64,000 nt of DNA from the human T2T-CHM13v2.0 reference genome, Homo sapiens, in the NCBI RefSeq assembly GCF_009914755.1, contig NC_060929.1; one strand, given 5' to 3'. This document shows, one piece after another, positions 43,761 to 57,566 of the stretch; within the stretch, counting starts at the first letter, position 1, and every line of letters begins with the position of its first letter. Below the pieces are notes generated by a model. It saw only the letters and a program-made list of their open reading frames with translations, was not told where the DNA came from and did not search any database. The position numbers and the translations under genes were made by a program.

Positions 43761-45606
43761 GTCCTTAGCATTTGGCATATAGGAGAAACTCAAAAAGTGC
43801 TTAATGAATTGAACTGGATTTCATAGAACTTGTACAGAAAAACAAAACCAAATTTATGCTATAGTCCATAAGTGCCAGGGTGGACATCATTTGCAGCCAA
43901 TAACTGTATTCATTACATTTTGAGCCTCCCTTATTGGTGTATTTTGTTGTTTGTTTTTAACTACATATGTATACTGAGAAAGAGAGTAAAACAGGGGCTG
44001 TGTGCTCCCTCACAATTCAGAAGGGGCTTTCCTCCTCTCCTGCAAGGAATACAAGTTCTCCACTGTTCAGGATATGTCGGTTAAGGGGCTGGGCAGAGTC
44101 TTTTGGTACAAACCATGGTAGATGGTTGATGAGTAGGCAGGGGGCTGAATGCTGGCAGTTGGTGCTCCTGACAGGGCATCAAATCTGTGCTGCTTCAGCA
44201 CACAAACCACTCCCTAACACTGATGGGGATCCAGAGTTCTGTTCACACGGCAGCCCCCTGTTCTCTCTCCTCTCACTCAGTGCATCATTTTTCTAGTCCT
44301 GGAGAGCAGTAAATTCCCTCTGCAAGCATGCATCTGAATCTATGTACCTCCTGTTAGACTGGAAGGCTGTTGAAGAATTGAATATCTTAGCTTTCCTTCA
44401 TAGGCTCTGCATGGGTGACTTGTATCTGCCCGTAAAAACTTGGGGGAGGAAGCCCTTAAGAGGTGAATGAACAAAATCGGTATTTGGTAGAAAAGACACA
44501 AACTAATAATTCAAAATAATATTCTACCACAATGTGAATTGCTGTATTGTTTGTTCTTTGTGAGTTGGCAGAAAATAATTTGAGAACTGCCAAAATATAT
44601 AACATCACTTAACTAGACCCATTAGGAAATATTTCAGTCAAAGCTGGTCTGAAGTATTGGTGTGTTTTAAAATCTGTGGGCCTTCACAGGTTCCACTAAA
44701 ACAGGTTACACTCATTTCCACTTAACCATTTATTTAGAATGCTAGGGACAAGTTGAGTTGTGTTCTTGGAAATTTATCTTATGATCCCAATTTCTTTCCA
44801 TATTTGCTAAGGCTAACTCATATTAAATCACCCAATAAAACCTGAATAAGCATCAATAATATTTTCTCCTTACACAATTTGCTTTCTATTGAAGGCTACG
44901 TGAAGAGGAGAAGCTCAATTATCTTAAGATAAAAATATTAGATTAGGTGGAAGTCTGCATATTTGCCGGCCATCTGGTTCAGTCACAAACTCCCCAGGAA
45001 TCCTGAACATATTTGCAACCAAAAAGAATTTGAACTTGAATGACTTTTAAACTGGGACATAAAATGTGGTAACCCAAACTATGCACAGACACTTACAAAG
45101 GACCAATTAATAGATTTATTTTGAGCCTTATGCTCTGTGATATTTTTTCTTCAGAGATAACTAAAAGGATGCAAATATTTGTTAATAATTGAATTAAAAC
45201 TCTCCCACCTCTAAAATGTATTATAAATTTATCCAAAGAGTCTTCTGCTCCAAGGTTAGCCAGAAAGAAGCAAAAACAAAATCAAAAACAAGAATTGCAT
45301 TGTGTGTAATCTTTCTCATTTGCCAGTTTGCAGGGAAACAGTAGTTAATTTCCTCATGCAAAGGAAACTCCTATAAAGGAAACTTGAGGTGTTTTATGAT
45401 TAGTCTGGAGATGACAAATAACAAACCTAATTTTTGCTTGTGGAATTATTTTCACAATTACATCAGACACACCTCTTCAGCTATCAAGCTGCAACTTGAT
45501 GGAAAGTCTACAGTGAGTAGTGTAAATGAGAGCACATGTTGCTGGAACTATGAAGGAAATAGAGAACTATGTACAATATTTCATCTCAAGAAACTTGTGA
45601 TGTTTC

Positions 45607-46158
45607 TTTCAGAGGCATTTGAACAAGAACAACTCCATCTTGAATAGGAGCTGGAGAAAATAAGGCCAAGACCTACTGGGCTGCATTCCCAGATGGTTAG
45701 GCATTCCTAGTCGCAGGATGAGATAGGAGGGAGGCACAAGATACAGGCCATAAAGACTTGTATCCTTGCTGATAAAACAGGTTGGAACAAAGAAGCTGGC
45801 CAAAACCTACCAGAACCAAGATGGCAAAGAGACTGATCTCTGGTGGTCCTCAGGGCTAGACTCCCACCGGCGCCATGACAACACACAAATGCCATGGCAA
45901 CATCAGGAAGTTACCCTAAATGGTCTAAAAAGGGGAGGCATGAATAATTCATCCCTTGTTTAGCATATAATCAAGAAATAACCATAAAAATGGGCAACCA
46001 GCAGCCCTCAGTGCTGCTCTGCCATGCCTATGGAGTAGCCATTCTTTTATTCCTTTACTCGCTTTCACTTTACTTTATGGATTCATCTTGAATTCTTTCT
46101 TGTGAGAGATCCAAAAACCTTCTTTTGGGGTCTGGATAAGGATCCCTTTCCAGTAACA
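45607..46158 (+). mobile_element. MER41 (MER41A-type) ERV1 solo LTR
   Basis: tcagaggcatttgaac...caactccatcttgaatagg...ctgggctgcattcccag...ttggggtctggat...ccctttccagtaaca. 4-bp TSD tttc at 45603-45606 and 46159-46162. Confidence 0.9.
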
Positions 46159-47324
46159 TTTCTATGTCAGAGATGTCATGTATCAAAATGCAAGTCACCA
46201 AGTCCTATGCCAGAACACAGCTCACCTTCAGTTTATAGTAGGATGTCTGGCAAACACCAATTTTAGATCTTGTTAAAACCATTGGTAAGAACCTTCCCCC
46301 ACCTCATTAATTACCTAAACTGCATTTACCTTCACTAAGGAACTGCAGACTATACCAACACAGGCCACATGCTGTGTTATAGGATTAGCATTTAAAGATA
46401 ATTCAAACTTTTCAAGTATGTAATTGACAGTGAATAATTTTGAGATATTGACTCTAATTTTGAATCCTAGAGGGAGGATCTTAATGAAAAAAAGCTTCAC
46501 TTGCTACAAGAGGATTTGCTAAGCTAGGAAGAAAATATTTTCAGTTCAAATGTTACTGGTCTTGTATATTAAAAAACTTTAATCTAGCCAATACAGAAAA
46601 TTTCCAAAGGAGTATGTGTAACTTGAAATTTACATTATATTTTGTTCTGCAACTCAATGAATGTTTGTGAACTTTTACCGTGCCTCAAATTTTGACTGTC
46701 GAGCAGGAACTATTTAAGCTGGTCACCTTATTGAAGAAGAAATACCTTGCTTTGTGCGGAGCATGATATACTTATTATAAGCTTCCAGGCTTGGGCAAAA
46801 TCGCTATGTGATATACTGTGTACAAAATTGCTATCTGATGTACTGTGATTGCAAAGGTAATCACAAGTAATGAAGGTGATAATGATGAAGAAGATGATGA
46901 TGATGATAATAATTCATGATTGCTGATGAAAATAACATTATCAGACACTTACTATGTGCCAAGCACTCTTAGAAGCACTTACACACACTAATGAGTTTAA
47001 TCAGCAAATAATATTAACCAATGAGGTAAATGCTGAGATGAGCTAGTTTCTCTCCGAATCTCTGGCACTGGTAAAAGAACTGCTAATAAATAAGAAATTA
47101 GGGTTAGCTAAAATACCTAGGCACTTCCTGGAGAAGCTCAACCTTGATGGAGCCCACAGTGGGTGGTTGGTTTAGGAAGGAGTATGCCCATCTGGCTCTG
47201 GTGACATTAAGGCCGGAGCTTGGTTGTGGCCACCTCATAGCGGATGTAATAAAGCTCCACTGGGGTGCATCATAGCTTCTTTAGTCCCCTTCTATTTCAT
47301 CATTCACTTTATAATAAAAAAACT

Positions 47325-47545
47325 CAGGCAGTTCTCCAGAAAAGTGCTATTTTGTATCTTGGGGATGTAGGGAAATGTGTGTCCTATGTTTTGAGTTGTC
47401 ACAATGATTGGAATTCGGTTATCACTGGCAATGAGCTACTGGAGGAGTGAGGGATGTTAAAGTGTCTTGAAAGCTAAGGCAGTCTCAGATGGTAAAGAAT
47501 CATTTTGTCCAAAATGTCCACGGCTCTCCTTTGAGAAAGTGTTGA
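47325..47545 (+). mobile_element. MER20-family hAT MITE (diverged)
   Basis: gttgtcacaatgattgg...actggca...gggatgttaaagtgtctt...aaagaatcattttgtccaaaatgtc...ttgagaaa. Confidence 0.55.
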
Positions 47546-47626
47546 TGATTCAGGTCCTAATCAAGTGATATCTAGGCTGGCTTTTACAGTGGTAGAACTG
47601 GAATAGAAAATGATATGGTAGGGAAA

Positions 47627-48076
<450 letters not shown>

Positions 48077-48278
48077 TTATATGGGATATGGTAGGGAAGA
48101 AATTATAGAGTCAAATCTGGAATATTTCCCCCCAAGTTTTTAAAAAATTGTTAGGCTGCAATGAGAATGTTCTAGTATTGCAGTACATTTATTTGTTAAA
48201 TAATTGTTGTAGAATACATCTTTGTAATGGACACTTTAGAAGTAGGAGGGAAATATATTTGATGGATATATTGAATGA

Positions 48279-48618
<340 letters not shown>

Positions 48619-48675
48619 TTCAGGCATATTAATTGATTGTGCATAGTAGAGATCATACAGACAATGCGTATTTTA

Positions 48676-49051
48676 TTTATTTATCTATTTATTTACTTAT
48701 TTATTATACTTTAAGTTCTGGGATACATGTGCAGAACGTGCAGGTTTGTTACATAGGTATACACGTGTCATGGTGGTTTACTGCACCCATCAACCCATCA
48801 TCTACATTAGGTATTTCTCCTAATGCTGTCCCTCCCCTAGCCACCCACCCCGCAACAGGCCCCAGTGTGTGATGTTCCCCTCCCTGTGTCCATGTGTTCT
48901 CATTGTTCAACTCCCACATATGAGTGAGAACATAGGGTGTTTGGTTTTCTTTTCTTGTGTTAGTTTGCTGAGAATGATGGTTTCCAGCGTCATCCAAGTC
49001 CCTGCAAAGGACATGAACTCATCCTTTTTTATGCTTCATAGTATTCCATGG
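48676..49051 (-). mobile_element. L1PA (about PA7-PA8) 3' end, 5'-truncated
   Basis: tattatactttaagttctgggatacatgtgcagaacgtgcagg...gtattccatgg. TSD gacaa(tgcg/caca)tatttta. Confidence 0.92.
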
Positions 49052-49334
49052 GACAACACATATTTTAAAACTGCTATTTTGATTATTTGCATTAGAATGG
49101 AGTCCTTCAGAGCCTCAAATCAATAGTGTATATTTATAAATTCTGGACTTCTTTAAGGCTTCTGTATGTAAAGCACCATTAAATATTTACCTCTCTTTAA
49201 ATATTTAAAGGAATAAGCTTTAATTATATTTCCAGTGTTCTATTTATCTTTGCGTTATTCCAAACAAAATGGGAGGGAATTTATTTATACTACATGTCAA
49301 AACTGTCTTGTGAAGTAATGCTTTAGCTAATATT

Positions 49335-49924
49335 ACAGAAAATGATAAGCCAAAGTATGATTCTTTGGTATGCTAAGTACTTTGAACTAAAGGAGATTAG
49401 AAGGCCTCAGAAACAGCCTCAGAAGCAAAGTCTCTCTCTGACCTCCTGCCCTCCTGTCTCCTGTCCCTCTTTCTCACTTGAAGTGAGTAATAGAAATTGG
49501 AATTCGTCTTCCTCTTCCCTAAAGCAAACCATAAAACCTCAAAAGGTCACTCTGTGCCTTCTCCCTCAACAATCTCATTCCAGCGGGGTCCTGCCCCATA
49601 CCCAGGAGGAAGGAAAGCTTCACAGCCAGAAGAATCTGCACAGACAGGCCTTGAGGGTTTCCAGCCTCGATCTGTTACCATTAGATCATACCCTCTGTCC
49701 AATCACATTTCTATACAGTTATCCGTTTTTTATCAAACCTAAGCATATGATAAGTTTCCCTTGGGTCTTTGGATCTTTATTTCTGGAAGCTCCCATGTCA
49801 CATAAAATTTTGATGAAATAAATGTATTATGCTATTCCCTTGTTAAATTGCCTTTTGTTATAGGAGTGTCAGCCATGATCCTTATGATGGATAAGGAAAG
49901 CTATTACACCTTTCTGCCTTTACA
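49335..49924 (+). mobile_element. MER67/MER31-group ERV1 LTR
   Basis: gaactaaaggagattagaaggcctcagaaacagcctcagaagcaaagtctctctctgacc. Shares ttttgttataggagtgtcagccatga near the 3' end with the LTR at 38731. Confidence 0.75.
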
Positions 49925-51319
49925 TTAATATGATGTAGGCATTTCCGTAAACCAGCTGTCATAGAGATAGCTTTTCTCCAAGGACTTTCTACAGCATTAG
50001 GCTGCAGTCTCTAGGCACTGTTCGGCTGCTTACCTGCCCAAGAGTTTTCAAGTTTCCAGAGCACATCCTGAACAGTGCTCTCCTGCCAAAACATCAAAAC
50101 CCTGATGTCTGAAATTTCTTCTCTGACCTTTAGAATGAAGTCAGCTCTCAATGAATTTGTCATACTTCATCAGTTTTCTATATTTTTTGGTGACAACTGT
50201 TATTATATTTTTAGTGCACCTCTTTAACTAATATTTATCCTTTTTAATTTGGTAAGATACTTGCTTATTACCCTTTTCTTTAGAATTAGTCTTCCCAGTG
50301 GAAAAGATACAAAATAGGACTTTATTTCTTTCGCATAGAAGTGTGCTTGTCCGAAGCCTCTGCGTCTTTAGCTACGTGTCTTTTCTTTGTGTACTCTAAA
50401 ACTAGAGTAGGAAGAAGGTAGGCCCTAGTCTCCCGGCACCAATGCCGGGCCTTAACCTGTGCCTCTGTGCTCTCTAGGAGAGCCACAGAATTCAGGAATC
50501 TAGGTCATGGCTGAAGGAGTTATTAGGCTATACCTCCTAGTGAGATCATCCAACATTTAAAGAAGTTTATTATTGAATTTTACTGTTCATATATTTCACC
50601 TGTATCAGGGTGAGTTATAGCAGACTCCAATAGCCATACCATATCCACAGGTCAGTTTAATTAAACACTTGCTAAATTAATTAATCAATCCTGGAAAATA
50701 TGAAATGTATGAAACTATGTCTTTAAGAAAACTATAAGTGATATTCCTAAAACTTTGGGTATGATGATCTAATTTTGATTAAAAACTATGATTTATTCAC
50801 ATATATAATGGTAAATATGATATTTTAAAACAAAATTTGTGTCGTTTTGTCCCTTGAATATTTGGATTATGAATTATAATAAATTTTCATTTTCTTTTTG
50901 TGCTTATCTGATTTTTTCAATATTTTTTCTATAAATATGTATTCAGTTATAAGAAAATACAAATTTTCAAACTACATTGACAGCACTATGCTAGCCGCCC
51001 TTGCAGTGAGGTTGAAGAATTATTAAAATAACATTATGTAGTCTATGCTTTTAGAAACTTATAATTTGGTTTATTGACCAAGGACATATGCAAACAAAAA
51101 TTTAAGTAATTATATATTAAAGATTTAAATAGTAAAAAAACCCAACATATTTTGAGGTAGTATGTAATGATAAGTGATAATGAATTTTCTATCTTTAAAT
51201 AATCTTATTTAATTATTAGAAAATAAACCTTATAATGTATTTTGATCCTCTTTGTTAGGGTGAGAAAACTGAGGACTGTTTTTTGATCTGACTTGTAAAT
51301 CTATATATAGATTACAACA

Positions 51320-51825
51320 TAATAACAGCTAATATTTATAGGGTGCTTATTATGTGCCAGGAACAGTTCCATGGTTTTCCATGAGGTTAAGTATGGTACA
51401 GTGGTTAAGAGGGCAATTCCTTGAAACCTCTGCTTGACTTAAGTCTTCACTTTGCTATTAAGAGAAGCCATGTGAGCTTGGGCAAGTCATTTATCCTGAT
51501 TGGGCCTTAATTTCTTCATTTTGAAAACTAAGGCAATAATATGTCTTACAGGGTATCAAGTGGATTAAATAAATGGTATACATAAAATACTTAGCACAAA
51601 TGTGGTATTGTGTTAGCTATTACCACAATATATTAACTCATTCAAATTTTATAATGGTATCAGGCAAGCATTAATGATATCATTAATATTAATATGTCTA
51701 CTTTTAGATGGAGAAATCAAGACCAAGAAATGTTAAATGATTTACCCGGAGACAGTAGGTGGCAGGGCTAGATTTGAACTATGGTACTATCACGCTAGTG
51801 TCTATGCTTGGAACCACTCTATTGA
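51320..51825. mobile_element. MIR elements (plus-strand MIR within or next to a minus-strand MIR)
   Basis: gtgcttattatgtgccaggaac, gtacagtggttaagag...tgtgagcttgggcaagtcattt, and ttttagatggagaaatcaagac...ggtggcagggctagatttgaac. Confidence 0.65.
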
Positions 51826-52628
51826 ACTGTGTCTTCCAATGATAAACAGTCCAATATCTTTAACATTATGAATAAGTTGCTGCTAAGTAATAAGTAATGC
51901 ATGTCTTCATGATGCCATAAAATAAATATGCTTTTGAAAAACAATAGTGATTTTCTATGTAACATATAGTATTAGAGTTTTAAGAAGTAAACAGTTGTCT
52001 CTGGTATTTGGTAAACTAATTTAATCAAATCATATGTCCTTACTGAGGACAAGGGTAGAATTCTCTCTCCTCTCTCCTCCTTCTACCCTCTCTCTCTGTC
52101 TTCCTCTCCATTCCACACTCCCACCCAATCTTCTACCTAGCTAGCATTGTGTTGCTTTTGTTTTTTGTCTGAGGGTCAGTGTTGGTAATGGAAACCTCAC
52201 AGTGAATTCAAGTCTTTTTCTCTGAGATATAATTGAAATCTCAGAAGCCATTGACTTCAATGTGGAGTTCAAATTCTTATCCCAAAATATTTTACATGAT
52301 TATTGTCATAGCCTTTACATTTCAGTACTTTAGATGGGAAAGGGTTTGATAGTATAAATGGTTTAAAGTAGTTTTTATTGAAGAAGTAACAATAATAGGG
52401 TAGGCACATAATTTATTAGATACATATTTGCTAATGTAATCGGAACTATCACTAGAAAAGAAAGCAAATCAAAGCAATTAAATATTTATGCTTGAAGAAT
52501 ATTCTAAGTTCAATAAAATTTAAACCAATTATAGAGTTTTTAAATTGTTTAAATTGTGAGTCATAAATATCAACCTAATTATATATCTGTGGAATAGCTT
52601 TGTTTTTTGTCCCTAAAATAGTTAAATC

Positions 52629-52790
52629 CAGTGGTTCTCACCCCTGACTGCACGTTAGAGTCACGTTAGAATAGGGCGTGGGGGTTAAAAATCCTGATGT
52701 CCACGTTACACACTTGACTATAATCTGTGGGGGAGGGACTCAGACCACATTTTTCTGCAGATTCCGAAGTGATTCCAATATGCTGACTAC
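52629..52790. mobile_element. MER5A1-like MITE
   Basis: cagtggttctca...ctgactgcacgttagagtcac...aaaaatcctgatgtcc...gtgattccaatatgc. Confidence 0.6.
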
Positions 52791-54295
52791 AATTGCTTTA
52801 ACAGATTACTGAATGTTCATGTACACTGAACTGAAAGTTTGGCTCTTCAAAGGCATTCTATTAGAATAGCAGAATTTGCTTCTCAGCCACTTGAAGTTTG
52901 GCTCTCATCACAGGAACAAGCATCTTCCCATAGAGAAAGGATGTTCAATTTGGCAGAACTCTGAGCACAGGAAGAACCATGAAGGACATTATTTATCTTT
53001 TCCCTGGGCTTGCGGCAATCATTACACATGAACATGTTTATTTATTACAATAATAAATGGTTTTGTTTTTAGATTCACATGCAAGAATCTCAGCATCTTC
53101 AAAGAAGGACCTTTCATAGTCTCTAAAGTCTCAAACTCACTTGTTTTTTATCTTTCTTTGCTCTCTGCATATATATGAATTTTGGCAGGCAGAATTTTCA
53201 TTGATTAAAATCAAAGAAACATTTTTTTCAAATAATGTTTTAAAAATCCCAGATATTTCCAACAGATGAAAAGCTGGCAATTGGGCCCCTTGCTTTGAAA
53301 GAAAAATATAAAGATACAATATTCTTAGAAGTCTATTTCTATCCAAGAATCTTACATTTGTTGTTAAAGCCAATAGCTTCATTGTCAGGTAATAGAAAAT
53401 CAGAGCTTTCTCTCCTCCCTGGGGGTACTCTCCTGAATAAATGGAGCTCAGGCTGCTGTCTGACACCAACTAAATTAAAGAGCCATCTTTTAATAGCTGA
53501 GGCATGAAGCTATTATCTTCCTGAATATACCACCTACTGAGAAGCAAAGACTACGGAACCATCTTAAGACATGCCTCTAAATAATCCTAAATGGAGGGCC
53601 CAAGAAGTAGAGATAGGAAAGGAAATATCTTCTTACACTTCCAGTGTCAGTTTCTTCTTAGTTCATTTTCTCCCTCATATTCTCCAATAGTCTTGGCTTT
53701 TATACTCCTCTTATACATCTACCATCATAGACAGGGTCCATTCTGCACAAGAATAGTCTTATTATAATATTAAGCTCTGTCACTCTGTAGGAAAGTAAGG
53801 ACATCACATCTTAATAGTTTACTTGTTTTATTTTAACATTATGAAACTCTGTAAGATCCTTCAATATTAGTATCAAGCAAGTTTTGTATATGACCAGGCC
53901 ACAATATACAAAAATTGCTGGCAAGGTGAAGATATCGTCCATCTATGTAAGAACTGAAACACTAAAAGTAAATGATTTAATTTCATATTATCCTTGGACT
54001 TTTTTCTTCTCCAAGGCAATTAATGTATTGCAAGTAAGTATGGGAAAAATTTTAAGGTACATTTTTATTTGAATATCAATGACAAACTCATTTAGGTGTG
54101 TTTCTGTTCAAGTCATTGCACCAGCAATAGATCCTTGCATTCAAGAATTCATTTCTGTATATCAGAAAAATCCAGAAACTATTTTTTATGTTGAAAATCC
54201 AGAGTAGGGGTGGAAATATTGCAAAATATATTCCTTGCTATTGGGAGTGTAAAGTGCTAAAGAGAAGAACTTAAGTATGAAAAGAAAAACCTTTT

Positions 54296-54301
54296 TTTAA
54301 T
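54296..54301 (-). terminator. Candidate most distal poly(A) signal ATTAAA
   Basis: Plus-strand tttaat. Downstream on the minus strand is GGTTTTTCTTTTCAT...TTCTTCTCTTT (U-rich). Confidence 0.5.
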
Positions 54302-54689
54302 TCAGCACTCATGATTAAGTTATAAAGCATTTAAAATGTGTTAATCTAATCAACAACACAATAGATTTCTGGGATTGCTGAACTGGTGGGCAAAATTAAT
54401 TATGCTTTGAGTCATATACAAAGAGAAAAAAGTCAATATATTTTGGGATAATACTATAGTTGATTTAGCGACACCATATAAATGCTCTTTTTTTTTTTTT
54501 GACTTTGCAAGAGTACTAGGAAATGAAAATTGTACGTATTTACAATTTGAAGTCAAATGTATCAGAACAAGAATGAATTAAATGCCTTTCTTGGAAATAA
54601 TGTATTGACAGAGTTTGACACAAAGAAAAATAGCTAAGATTCTACAACTCAGAAGAATTAAAAGATACTGCAGTAACACAAAATTGACT

Positions 54690-54695
54690 TTTAAT
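54690..54695 (-). terminator. Candidate distal poly(A) signal ATTAAA
   Basis: Plus-strand tttaat. The minus strand continues into a U/GU-rich tract (TTTTGTGTT...TCTTTTAATTCTTC). Confidence 0.45.
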
Positions 54696-57560
54696 GTACC
54701 AGTTCATTGTATCTTACAGAAAATGAAAACATTTTTTTTTTGGTAATACAGATTGATTCTTCTCCTCAAAGTTATACTTGATATCTATTAAATGCCTTTA
54801 AATATTGGTTTTCTTTTAATCAGGTGGCTTAATAACTTTTGTATTTTTCATCTCTTTCGTTGTACATCCATTGCCGCTCTGGCAGTAGTGAGCTATGATA
54901 CAGTTAACTTCTTAACAAAACGATGTCAGTTATCCGTTGATATTTCTTAATGCATCCTATGCTAAAAACTGATAAGTGATTCCCTTTTAATCCTCCCCTC
55001 CTTAGTGGTCAGCTACTCCATGAGACCACCATATTCTTTGGAGTACTAAAATCAAGAAACCCAGAATGGCTGCCAGCAACCAAATTGTAATCTCCTTTGA
55101 GTCTACTTCTAATTGCCAAAATAAAAAGTGACTATATTGTTGCATAAAATAACACTTTGACAGGTACCAGCCCCCTTTCCATGAGAGAAAGTTTAAATTT
55201 ACAAATGCCATATTTGGCTAAAAATTACTGTGACACAATATGACAGCACTCACTTAAAGATGGCTTCCAGTGTTAATGTGACCAACTTATTTTCGTTCTT
55301 ATGTTGTCTTTTTATTTGAATTGCTTCTTTTTGTTTGGGTTTTCCAATGTAGATGTCTCAGTGAAATGTGCAGATATACTTTGTTCCTTATATGGTCACC
55401 AGTGTTAATTATGGACAAATACATTAAAACAAGGGTTCCTGGCCCAGCCTCCCATCTAATCTCTTTGATACTCTTGGAATCTAAGTCTGAGGAGCGATTT
55501 CTGAATTAGCCAGTGTTGTACCAACTTTCTGTTAGGAATTGTATTAGAATAACCTTTCTTTTTCAGACCTGCTCAGTGAGACATCTTGGGGAATGAAGTA
55601 GGAAAATAGACATTTGGTGGAAAAACAGCAAAATGAGAACATTAAAAAGACTCATTCAAGTATGAGTATAAAGGGCATGGAAATTCTGGTCCTTTGAGCA
55701 AAATGAGAAGAAAAAATTCTGCTCAGCAGTATTCACTGTGTTAAGATATTTTGTTTTTTACACGAATGGAAAAATGATGTGTAAGTGGTATAGATTTTAA
55801 TCAGCTAACAGTCACTCCAGAGATTTTGATCAGCACCAATTCCTATAGTAGTAAGTATTTAAAAGTTAAGAAATACTACTACATTTAACATTATAAAGTA
55901 GAGTTCTGGACATAACTGAAAATTAGATGTTTGCTTCAATAGAAATTTGTTCCCACTTGTATTTTCAACAAAATTATCGGAACATACATAATAATAGTTC
56001 AAGTATGGACTTCTTTCAATGAGCTAGCCCCCATATTTGAGGTGTTAAAGTTGTTATTTGGGAGATAGTCCCCTCTTTAAATAATATATCATCTCATCCT
56101 AGACCATTTAGGTATCTTCCTTAATTTAGAAGTGCAAGTTCTATTTATACCACCAGTGTTTGAGTTTAAACTTTACAAACTCTTTGGATTTATAGTTTTG
56201 TACAGTTTGCATATCCAACCTAACTTAAAAATGTGCATACATAACATTGTCACCTTTTAATATTAAAGCATCTGAAAATTTTCAGATATGTTTTTGATGA
56301 AAGAAAGGACCTACTTTTATTACAATATTTTGTCTGAATAATATATGATTATAGTTATGGTTTCATGGACTTCCAATTGTTCTATACCTTCCACACACAG
56401 AACTCTATAGAGTAAATTTATTAGAATTATTACAGAGCTTTAAATGCAACCACAATCCATTCAGGAAACAGATTTATTTACTCATGTTCATGGGAGGAAA
56501 ATCTACATAAAAACATTCATGAAAGCATACCGGCTATGTCATACTTGGATTATTATAGTAAATCCCATTTATTAGAACTCATTGTGAAACAATGGGAAAC
56601 CATGAAATGTAATTTGAATACAAATATTGGTCCCTGTGGGGTCTCAGCAGTCATAAAAATATAGGAAAACAGAGCTTTATTTAAGAAGATTGGAGCTGCT
56701 AATGTGGAAAATTGTGTTTGGAAGCTGGACTTAACCTTTTATTTAAAGCCCTGAAGATTTTAGTGTAAACTCTTTGATGACAGCTTCAGCATTTAATTTA
56801 AGCCTAATGATGACCAGCAAGGAAAGTGACATCATTAACCACATTTTCTGTTTGGGATAAGGTTTAGAACTACACTGTTGACTTTTCCCCCCAAACACAG
56901 GCACTGGTTGGGTTCTCTCGTGTATATACAAATAGGAATAATAAGAATTTTGAAAGTTGCATCTTTGTTTCTGCATTAGGGATTCCTTTTATAATGTAAT
57001 TGATTTTCATATAATGTAAATATGAAATATTAAATCAGTTTAAAGTTATTTTTATAGGACAATAACATTTCATAGGCTAACAGAAAATCAAGCTGCTAAA
57101 TTTTACAATTTTTCTGTCCAGCAGTTTATCTATATAACTGCCCTGAGTAGATGCTAAATGCTGCTTAGCAAATGGCCCTTAGAATTTAAATACAACTCGG
57201 TAAAGCTACTCAAAAGATAAAACAATTCCTCTTAGACATGTGTAATTTTAATTATAAGAAGGTAGAAGTCTTTTTCATTGGTTAAATATTATCTGCTTAT
57301 TTATGTGTCATGCTTCATATAAATGGGATTATTGAGGAGTTTTAACTGTGCTTGTTACTATGGATTGGAATCCATATGAATTTTTTTTTTTTTTTTTGGT
57401 CAGAAAGGCAGGATTTTAAAGAGTAAAATATTCTGCCTATTAGAGACTTGAAATATTAACTTTTAGAAAGGTATAGATTGTTCCCTTGTGAAACTGAGTT
57501 TTGTATAACCTCTCAGTTTATGTAAAGAAGCCTGTATTTCAAATGTGTTGCTCTAATTTG

Positions 57561-57566
57561 TTTATT
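57561..57566 (-). terminator. Candidate proximal poly(A) signal AATAAA
   Basis: Plus-strand tttatt about 400 nt after the stop. UGUA (CFIm motif) lies upstream at 57589-57586. Confidence 0.5.

Noticed and set aside
49342-49821. 159-aa ORF
   Set aside because: Lies wholly within an ERV1 LTR and shows no recognisable protein motif.
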